Assembly: GCA_964016885.1 (NCBI GenBank)
Contig: OZ024740.1
Span: 190,278,001-190,342,000 of the forward strand
Length of the DNA stretch: 64,000 nucleotides
Origin: Eledone cirrhosa
Taxonomy: Eukaryota
Direction of reading: 5' to 3'
Shown: positions 53,777 to 64,000 of the stretch, piece after piece
How the letters are laid out: the number at the start of each line of letters is the position of its first letter
Numbering within the stretch: the first letter of the stretch is position 1
The notes under the pieces: model-generated
What the model saw: the letters and a program-made list of their open reading frames with translations, nothing else
Database searches by the model: none
What the model was told of the DNA's origin: nothing
Program-made: the position numbers and the translations under genes

Positions 53777-56700
53777 GGAGGGAAGAAGACGCACGAGGTG
53801 ACGGAGGTCATGAAATCGCTCCCGTAATTTTGAACTTTTAACATATTTAAATCATTTGTGAAATAACAACTCTTAGTACAAATGCTACGTAAAGCACCCG
53901 GCTTGAGCCCCAAAAAATTCGGACCCAAAATATATTGTTATAAGGCTCAAATATTCAAATATTCAACTTTGTATTGTACACTGTATATCCCAAAAAAAAA
54001 ATGGCTATAAATGGAAGAAGAAGAACCCCCCCTCCTCTCCTCTGGCTACACTATATAGGACAGCTAAACTCACCAACACCAGAAACTAGATACACCACCC
54101 ACCCCATCATCTGTGTACACTAAACACAAAAGCATTTTCACCTTCACCGCCACCGCTCACTACGGCCATCATTACCACCACTATCCCATCACCGCCACCA
54201 CCACCCCTTGACTCCTTCACTGCTGCTGCCACCGCTACAGCACCATCACTACAGTAATACGGTCGCATCACCGCCACCACTGCCTCGGTATCGACATCAC
54301 CACCACCACTGTCTCAGTATCGCCAACGCCGCCCTCTCCCACTTCTCCCTGCTGGCTGCTACTACTCCCACATTATAGAATCCCTACTACTAACAAAGAG
54401 GAAGGCATCAAAATATATAGATAGACTCAAAAGAAAAAAGAAAAAACAAACAACAAAACCAAAGCAGCACAGCAACAACAGCAAAAAACGAGAAAAACAA
54501 ACAGAGAAAAACAAAAACAAAAAAAGAAACCCCAAAAACGTAAAGAAAATAAGAATGAAGAGACAAGCAGGCGGACGGACAGAGAAGAGGGGGGGAAAAG
54601 TAAAACTTAAAAAACAAAAACTAAGTCAGACATTCGAATACTACATTACAATGAAACTTATGCTTATTCATTTTTGGTGCCCTTTCTGCCCGTGTGTTTG
54701 TCTGTTTATGTGTGTTCGTATACAGCGTGGTGATAATGCCACACAAGGGCCAAGTGGGATGGCGGATCCACAGATGGCAATGTAAACATACATTCGCCAA
54801 TCCTCGATAAGAGTGTTTAAATATCGAACATAAACAGTTCGAATAACGGTGAAATGGAGACTAGAACGTCATGTGACAGATACTCACCCAACAGGTGCCC
54901 CCTGGCTCAGCAGCAGGAACCTGACTGTCAACCAAATACTGCTGATGTTGGAGGAAGAAGAAGAAGGAAAGGGGCCAGAACCAACTGGACGAAAGAATTG
55001 AATAGAACTGTTATGCAATGCTACCTGAAAAGTAACCCCAAGGAGAGGGGCTACAGGAGACGGATGCATAACATCTGGAACGAGATTGGTTTATTTAAAT
55101 TAGATGAACAAAAATTGGCCGGGCAGGCTCGGGTAATAAGAACTAATGGGTGGATAAGCGAGCTGGAACTGGAGGAACTGAGCAGAGAGAATGGCTTGGA
55201 GATGGCGGGTGTAGTATGCCAGACAAGCGAGCCGGTGGGAAATGAAGGTGAGGAGGTCCTGAGAACGGAGGAACCACCCGAAGCAGACAATGATCTGAAT
55301 ACTGAGATAAATAATACCTGGAACAGAGATACGGCCACTGAGGAGATGAATGCTGACGGGCTAGGACAAGATTCGGTTGACATCCTAAATCTAGTGGTAG
55401 ATGAATTGAACAATGATAGTGGGAGACCTATGAACCTAAGATTTGTAGACAGGAAAAAGTTAAAAGAAACAACAGCTAGGGTAAACAAAGTCATCCCATA
55501 CCTTGAGGCGAGGAGTCTTCACCAGTGCAACAATATCCTCAAAGCAACAGCAAATACGGTGAGGAAACTACTTGGTATAAAAGCGAGAGGAAACAACAGA
55601 CAAGAAAGAGCAGAGCCGTGGTGGAAGAAGCGACTGAGTGGGCAAATCGGGGAAATGAGAAATGACATAGGAAAGCTTGAGTCACTACTGAATGGGACAC
55701 TAAAAAACATAGGCACTAAAAATAGACTGGAAATAAAATACAAAACTAGGAGTAAAAAGCTAAATATTATCATAGAGGAATTGAAGCAACGCATTGTAGC
55801 AAAGAGTGCCAAAATCAGGCGATACGAGAACAGAGTCAGTCAGTATAAACAGAACCGCATGTTCGACAACAACCAGAAGATGCTGTTTGGACAGCTTGAG
55901 GGGAAAGAAAGAGGCAACGACTTGATCCCTGGGGCGGAACAAGCTAAAACATTCTGGAGAGGAATATGGGAGCAGGATGTTAGACACAATGCCCAGGCAG
56001 GGTGGATTGAGACAGTACAGAGGGAGATCGGTGAGAAGGCACAACAACAGACTGATTTGAGTATCACAGTTGAAACTCTTAAGGGGCAAGCCAAAAAACT
56101 AACCAACTGGAAATCACCAGGCCCAGATGGTGTGCAGGGGTATTGGATTAAACATTTAACATCCCTCCACCCGAAGCTGACGGCCATGTTCAATGACTGC
56201 TTGGTGTCGGGTGAGGTGCCAGAGTGGTTGACAAAAGGTACCACAGTTCTGATAATGAAAGACCGAATCAAGGGTAATGATGTTACCGACTATAGACCTA
56301 TCACATGTCTGCCCGTAATGTGGAAACTGTTGACGAGCATTGTGTCTGAGGAAATCTACCATCACCTCCACACAAACAACTTGTTACCGGACGAATAGAA
56401 AGGATGCCGAAAGAAGTCACGTGGTACAAAGGACCAGTTGCTTATTGATAAGATGGTAATGGGGAATTGCAGGAGGAGACACACTGATCTTCCAATGGGA
56501 TGGATAGACTACAGAAAGGCATTTGACATGGTGCCTCATTCCTGGATCACCAAAAGCCTGGAGGTCTTCAGGGTAGCAGATAACATCAGACAGTTGCTGG
56601 GCAGAAGTATGGGGTCCTGGGAGACAGAGTTGACATCAACTGGAATATCCTTGGGAAGCGTGAAGATCAAGAGAGGTATCTTCCAGGGAGATAGCCTGTC

Positions 56701-58332
56701 CCCTCTGTTGTTTGTCCTTGCCCTGATGCCCTTGACCATTATGCTGCGAAAAGTGAGAGCAGGATACAAGTTGGGAAGGGGAGAGCTTACCATCAATCAC
56801 CTCCTCTTCATGGACGATCTTAAGCTCTTCGGGAAAAGTGAGAAGGAGTTGGATGTGCTTGTTGACACTGTCCGTATTTTCAGCAGTGATATATGTATGC
56901 AGTTTGGTATTGGTAAATGTGGAGTCATTGTGATGAAGAGGGGTAGGTTGAGCAGAAGTAACGGGATCCAGATACCAACAGGTGATATGATAAAGGAAAT
57001 TGACTCTGAGGAAGGATACAAGTATTTGGGCGTTCTGGAGGCTGATGGCATAAAGAACAAAAAAATGAAGGAATTGTTAAGAACTGAATACATTCGGAGA
57101 GTAAGGAGCGTATTGAAGTCACATCTGAACAGCAGAATTGCCATAAGCGCAGTAAATTCCCGAGCTGTGTCTATTATTAGGTACAGTGCGGGAATTCTGA
57201 GATGGAATGTTGCTGAACAAAAAGAAATGGATAGGAAGACTAGGAAACTATTGACTATCTACAACATGTTCCACAAGAGGAGTGATGTCGATAGACTCTA
57301 CCTAAGGAGATCTGAGGGTGGAAGAGGTCTTATCAGCATAGAGGACTGTGTTCAGATGGAGAAAAACAACCTATGCAAATACGTGACCTATAGTAAGGAG
57401 CCAATGCTCAGAACTGTACTGAAGGAGGGGACAGTAGGCCAGGGGATGTCCAAGGAGGAAATAACATCAAGGAGGAAGAGCAGCCTTAAGGGAAAATCCC
57501 TTCATAGTACCTTCTTTGAGAAAACTGAATTTAGAGATCCACAGACATGGAACTGGTTGAGAAGAGGAGACCTCAAAAAGGCTACAGAAGGAATGCTAAT
57601 GGCTGCGCAGGAGCAGGCCCTCAAAACGAAGTGGTTGAAGCACCATATCTACAATGAGGAGGCTAGCCCACTGTGCAGGATCTGTGGAGAGAGAGAGGAG
57701 ACTGTGGCTCACATTGTGTCCGAGTGTAAACACCTAGCCCAGACCACTATAAGGGCTGGAGACACGATGTGATGGGCAGGGTGATTCACTGGCACCTGTG
57801 CAAAGTAAACAATCTACCACATTCTGAGAAATGGTATGAGCATAGGCCAGAGGCGGTGATGGAGAACAATCAGGTGAAGGTGCTGTGGGATTTTAGGATA
57901 CAGACGGACAAAAAACTGGAACACAATAGACCTGACCTGGTGGTTGTGGACAAAGAAAAAAGATCGTGCCTGATTGTGGATGTGGCCTGCCCGTTCGACA
58001 CGAGAGTGCAAGAGAAGGAGAGGGAGAAAATTAACCGATACCAGGACCTAAAGTGGGAGGTGAAAAGGATTTGGAACTGCCATGAAGTCAAAGTGATCCC
58101 GATTGTCATAGGCGCACTGGGGACTAGCTCCAAAAGTTTCCAGGGATGGTTAAAGAAAATCGGCCCCTTCACGCTTTTTTGGAACGCTTCAAAAGGCATG
58201 CTTGCTTGGAACAGCAAGAACCCTCCGATACGTCCTGAATATCTGAGGCTGCAGGTAGTGGCTTGATATTCAATCCAACGGACTTTCCAGTTAACCAACA
58301 TCAATGACTGAGATTCAAGGAATAACAATAAC

Positions 58333-58416
<84 letters not shown>
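53776..58416 (+). mobile_element. R4/Dong-like copy 2 (mosaic)
   Basis: 4641-bp period; ORF pieces 54854-56398, 56438-57772 and 57769-58266. Confidence 0.93.
54854..58246 (+). pseudogene. Dong RT-REL ORF; TAG at 56396 plus the same 3' frameshifts as copy 1
   Basis: Direct comparison of the three copies. Confidence 0.92.
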
Positions 58417-58417
<1 letters not shown>

Positions 58418-61400
58418 GGAGGGAAGAAGACGCACGAGGTGACGGAGGTCATGAAATCGCTCCCGTAATTTTGAACTTTTAACATATTTAAATCATTTGT
58501 GAAATAACAACTCTTAGTACAAATGCTACGTAAAGCACCCGGCTTGAGCCCCAAAAAATTCGGACCCAAAATATATTGTTATAAGGCTCAAATATTCAAA
58601 TATTCAACTTTGTATTGTACACTGTATATCCCCAAAAAAAAATGGCTATAAATGGAAGAAGAAGAACCCCCCCTCCTCTCCTCTGGCTACACTATATAGG
58701 ACAGCTAAACTCACCAACACCAGAAACTAGATACACCACCCACCCCATCATCTGTGTACACTAAACACAAAAGCATTTTCACCTTCACCGCCACCGCTCA
58801 CTACGGCCATCATTACCACCACTATCCCATCACCGCCACCACCACCCCTTGACTCCTTCACTGCTGCTGCCACCGCTACAGCACCATCACTACAGTAATA
58901 CGGTCGCATCACCGCCACCACTGCCTCGGTATCGACATCACCACCACCACTGTCTCAGTATCGCCAACGCCGCCCTCTCCCACTTCTCCCTGCTGGCTGC
59001 TACTACTCCCACATTATAGAATCCCTACTACTAACAAAGAGGAAGGCATCAAAATATATAGATAGACTCAAAAGAAAAAAGAAAAAACAAACAACAAAAC
59101 CAAAGCAGCACAGCAACAACAGCAAAAAACGAGAAAAACAAACAGAGAAAAACAAAAACAAAAAAAGAAACCCCAAAAACGTAAAGAAAATAAGAATGAA
59201 GAGACAAGCAGGCGGACGGACAGAGAAGAGGGGGGGAAAAGTAAAACTTAAAAAACAAAAACTAAGTCAGACATTCGAATACTACATTACAATGAAACTT
59301 ATGCTTATTCATTTTTGGTGCCCTTTCTGCCCGTGTGTTTGTCTGTTTATGTGTGTTCGTATACAGCGTGGTGATAATGCCACACAAGGGCCAAGTGGGA
59401 TGGCGGATCCACAGATGGCAATGTAAACATACATTCGCCAATCCTCGATAAGAGTGTTTAAATATCGAACATAAACAGTTCGAATAACGGTGAAATGGAG
59501 ACTAGAACGTCATGTGACAGATACTCACCCAACAGGTGCCCCCTGGCTCAGCAGCAGGAACCTGACTGTCAACCAAATACTGCTGATGTTGGAGGAAGAA
59601 GAAGAAGGAAAGGGGCCAGAACCAACTGGACGAAAGAATTGAATAGAACTGTTATGCAATGCTACCTGAAAAGTAACCCCAAGGAGAGGGGCTACAGGAG
59701 ACGGATGCATAACATCTGGAACGAGATTGGTTTATTTAAATTAGATGAACAAAAATTGGCCGGGCAGGCTCGGGTAATAAGAACTAATGGGTGGATAAGC
59801 GAGCTGGAACTGGAGGAACTGAGCAGAGAGAATGGCTTGGAGATGGCGGGTGTAGTATGCCAGACAAGCGAGCCGGTGGGAAATGAAGGTGAGGAGGTCC
59901 TGAGAACGGAGGAACCACCCGAAGCAGACAATGATCTGAATACTGAGATAAATAATACCTGGAACAGAGATACGGCCACTGAGGAGATGAATGCTGACGG
60001 GCTAGGACAAGATTCGGTTGACATCCTAAATCTAGTGGTAGATGAATTGAACAATGATAGTGGGAGACCTATGAACCTAAGATTTGTAGACAGGAAAAAG
60101 TTAAAAGAAACAACAGCTAGGGTAAACAAAGTCATCCCATACCTTGAGGCGAGGAGTCTTCACCAGTGCAACAATATCCTCAAAGCAACAGCAAATACGG
60201 TGAGGAAACTACTTGGTATAAAAGCGAGAGGAAACAACAGACAAGAAAGAGCAGAGCCGTGGTGGAAGAAGCGACTGAGTGGGCAAATCGGGGAAATGAG
60301 AAATGACATAGGAAAGCTTGAGTCACTACTGAATGGGACACTAAAAAACATAGGCACTAAAAATAGACTGGAAATAAAATACAAAACTAGGAGTAAAAAG
60401 CTAAATATTATCATAGAGGAATTGAAGCAACGCATTGTAGCAAAGAGTGCCAAAATCAGGCGATACGAGAACAGAGTCAGTCAGTATAAACAGAACCGCA
60501 TGTTCGACAACAACCAGAAGATGCTGTTTGGACAGCTTGAGGGGAAAGAAAGAGGCAACGACTTGATCCCTGGGGCGGAACAAGCTAAAACATTCTGGAG
60601 AGGAATATGGGAGCAGGATGTTAGACACAATGCCCAGGCAGGGTGGATTGAGACAGTACAGAGGGAGATCGGTGAGAAGGCACAACAACAGACTGATTTG
60701 AGTATCACAGTTGAAACTCTTAAGGGGCAAGCCAAAAAACTAACCAACTGGAAATCACCAGGCCCAGATGGTGTGCAGGGGTATTGGATTAAACATTTAA
60801 CATCCCTCCACCCGAAGCTGACGGCCATGTTCAATGACTGCTTGGTGTCGGGTGAGGTGCCAGAGTGGTTGACAAAAGGTACCACAGTTCTGATAATGAA
60901 AGACCGAATCAAGGGTAATGATGTTACCGACTATAGACCTATCACATGTCTGCCCGTAATGTGGAAACTGTTGACGAGCATTGTGTCTGAGGAAATCTAC
61001 CATCACCTCCACACAAACAACTTGTTACCGGACGAATAGAAAGGATGCCGAAAGAAGTCACGTGGTACAAAGGACCAGTTGCTTATTGATAAGATGGTAA
61101 TGGGGAATTGCAGGAGGAGACACACTGATCTTCCAATGGGATGGATAGACTACAGAAAGGCATTTGACATGGTGCCTCATTCCTGGATCACCAAAAGCCT
61201 GGAGGTCTTCAGGGTAGCAGATAACATCGGACAGTTGCTGGGCAGAAGTATGGGGTCCTGGGAGACAGAGTTGACATCAACTGGAATATCCTTGGGAAGC
61301 GTGAAGATCAAGAGAGGTATCTTCCAGGGAGATAGCCTGTCCCCTCTGTTGTTTGTCCTTGTCCTGATGCCCTTGACCATTATGCTGCGAAAAGTGAGAG

Positions 61401-62993
61401 CAGGATACAAGTTGGGAAGGGGAGAGCTTACCATCAATCACCTCCTCTTCATGGACGATCTTAAGCTCTTCGGGAAAAGTGAGAAAGAGTTGGATGTGCT
61501 TGTTGACACTGTCCGTATTTTCAGCAGTGATATATGTATGCAGTTTGGTATTGGTAAATGTGGAGTCATTGTGATGAAGAGGGGTAGGTTGAGCAGAAGT
61601 AACGGGATCCAGATACCAACAGGTGAGATGATAAAGGAAATTGACTCTGAGGAAGGATACAAGTATTTGGGCGTTCTGGAGGCTGATGGCATAAAGAACA
61701 AAAAAATGAAGGAATTGTTTAGAACTGAATACATTCGGAGAGTAAGGAGCGTATTGAAGTCACATCTGAACAGCAGAAATGCCATAAGCGCAGTAAATTC
61801 CCGAGCTGTGTCTATTATTAGGTACAGTGCGGGAATTCTGAGATGGAATGTTGCTGAACAAAAAGAAATGGATAGGAAGACTAGGAAGCTATTGACTATC
61901 TACAACATGTTCCACAAGAGGAGTGATGTCGATAGACTCTACCTACGGAGATCTGAGGGTGGAAGAGGTCTTATCAGCATAGAGGACTGTGTTCAGATGG
62001 AGAAAAACAACCTATACAAATACGTGACCTATAGTAAGGAGCCAATGCTCAGAACTGTACTGAAGGAGGGGACAGTAGGCCAGGGGATGTCCAAGGAGGA
62101 AATAACATCAAGGAGGAAGAGCAGCCTTAAGGGAAAATCCCTTCATAGTACCTTCTTTGAGAAAACTGAATTTAGAGATCCACAGACATGGAACTGATTG
62201 AGAAGAGGAGACCTCAAAATGGCTACAGAAGGAATGCTAATGGCTGCGCAGGAGCAGGCCCTCAAAACGAAGTGGTTGAAGCACCATATCTACAAGGAGG
62301 AGGCTAGCCCACTGTGCAGGATCTGTGGAGAGAGAGAGGAGACTGTGGCTCACATTGTGTCCGAGTGTAAACACCTAGCCCAGACCCACTATAAGGGCTG
62401 GAGACACGATGTGATGGGCAGGGTGATCCACTGGCACCTGTGCAAAGTAAACAATCTACCACATTCTGAGAAATGGTATGAGCATAGGCCAGAGGCGGTG
62501 ATGGAGAACAGTCAGGTGAAGGTGCTGTGGGATTTTAGGATACAGACGGACAAAAAACTGGAACACAATAGACCTGACCTGGTGGTTGTGGACAAAGAAA
62601 AAAGATCGTGCCTGATTGTGGATGTGGCCTGCCCGTTCGACACGAGAGTGCAAGAGAAGGAGAGGGAGAAAATTAACCGATACCAGGACCTAAAGTGGGA
62701 GGTGAAAAGGATTTGGAACTGCCATGAATTCAAAGTGATCCCGATTGTCATAGGCGCACTGGGGACTATCTCCAAAGGTTTCCAGGGATGGTTAAAGAAA
62801 ATCGGCCCCTTCACGCTTTTTGGAACGCTTCAAAAGGCATGCTTGCTTGGAACAGCAAGAACCCTCCGATACGTCCTGAATATCTGAGGCTGCAGGTAGT
62901 GGCTTGATATTCAATCCAACGGACTTTCCAGTTAACCAACATCAATGACTGAGATTCAAGGAATAACAATACCAATAATAATAATAATAATAA
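58417..62993 (+). mobile_element. R4/Dong-like copy 3
   Basis: Same unit, with a short (TAA)n tail. Confidence 0.93.
59495..62887 (+). pseudogene. Dong RT-REL ORF, 1130 codons in one frame with two nonsense codons (61037 TAG, 62195 TGA)
   Basis: 59495, 61079 and 62198 are in the same frame; the ORF ends LQKACLLGTARTLRYVLNI. Confidence 0.93.
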
Positions 62994-64000
62994 AGTCAGC
63001 GAAGGGAAAATGAAACATGTGTCAGTGAAAACGAGGTAAACTGTAACACTTCGAATTCCAGGGTTGGGGCGGAATCACTGGCAACAGAACAAATTAAAGA
63101 AAGGATCGAAAAAGTGGCGGGAGTGCATGCTCAGGATGAAACTCCAAATGAAAATAATGAGATCGTAAATGATAAAGAAATGAATGAGAATGAACTTGCC
63201 AACTTGAAGGATAAAATTATGTTCGAATGGATGAAAATGAAAAAATCTGACATGGGGCAACGAGACGCCCTCCCTAAAATCCAGAACTCCAAACAGAACC
63301 AAAAGATAATACACAAGACTAACATAATTCTCAAAAACATTATCATCACAAACAAACTAAACATTACAGATTTAAATCATCTCTATTATGCATCGGCTAA
63401 AGTCACCACTCACTTATGTGGAGTGAAGATGAAAAAACAAAGGAATTCCCACAAGAAATCTACTTGGCAAGAGAACATCAATCGCCAACTAAACCTTCTC
63501 CGATCTGACATAGAAAGTTTAACAAACTATAAAGTAGGTGAACATGTTAAATAAACAAAACTTAGAAAATTGAAAAAAAAGTACGGTATAAAATCAACAT
63601 GTGACATAGACATGCTGATAGAAATAATCAAGCAAAAAGTGTCGGCCAAAGCTGCTCGTATAAGGCGCTTTGAAAAACGATCTAGGATCTATAAGGACAA
63701 TAATATGTTCAAAAACAACCAAAGAAACATCTCCAGAAAAATTGGTAAGTCAACAATAACTGCTAAATCAATACCACCCAAGGAGGAAGCGCAAGAATTC
63801 TGGGAAAAGATCTGGGCCGAAGAAAAAGTTCATAACATACATGCCCCATGGATAGACAGACAAATGAAAGATACAGGGAAAATATAACAGTTGAACAGTT
63901 GCGCTTGGCTCTAAGAAAAACCAGCAAATGGAAATCCCCAGGAAAAGACAAAATAGAAAACTTTTGGATAAATGCCTTCACAGAGTCTCATGAGATGTTA
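62994..64000 (+). mobile_element. Different R4/Dong-like family, 5'-truncated, running off the window
   Basis: WQ..I...L..LRSDI, IEIIKQKVSAKAARIRRF, F.NNQ, FWEKIW and WKSPGKD are homologous to the N-terminal half of copies 1-3. Confidence 0.85.

Noticed and set aside
61037-62197. In-frame stops in Dong copy 3 as programmed readthrough
   Set aside because: Sister copies have CAG and TGG at these positions, so they are point mutations.

Overview
Gene-free, AT-rich animal genomic DNA made almost entirely of transposable-element relics and microsatellites. It is probably cephalopod (Octopus-like), judged from the tRNA-SINE families and the dense (TA)n. No host protein-coding gene, rRNA, tRNA or CRISPR is supported. 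The window has three zones. (1) About 1-28 kb is a (TA)n zone. It holds two decayed Penelope-like elements (PLEs; RT plus C-terminal GIY-YIG) and many short non-coding cassettes, most with a type I hammerhead ribozyme (HHR) motif. I read about 15 HHR motifs by eye, of which roughly 6 have intact cores. They include a 518-bp tandem repeat with one HHR per unit (retrozyme-like) and recurring divergent fold-back cassettes. A CRE-like and a CR1-like LINE relic also lie here. (2) About 28-35 kb holds a Chapaev3-like DNA transposon relic and SINEs. (3) About 35.2-64 kb is one (TAA)n microsatellite filled by a stack of non-LTR retrotransposons: three Tx1/L1-like elements on the minus strand, then five R4/Dong-like elements on the plus strand. 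Three of the Dong elements are near-identical 4.64-kb units, and the middle one is a mosaic of its two neighbours. All calls come from reading the sequence and the ORF track; nothing was run against a database.
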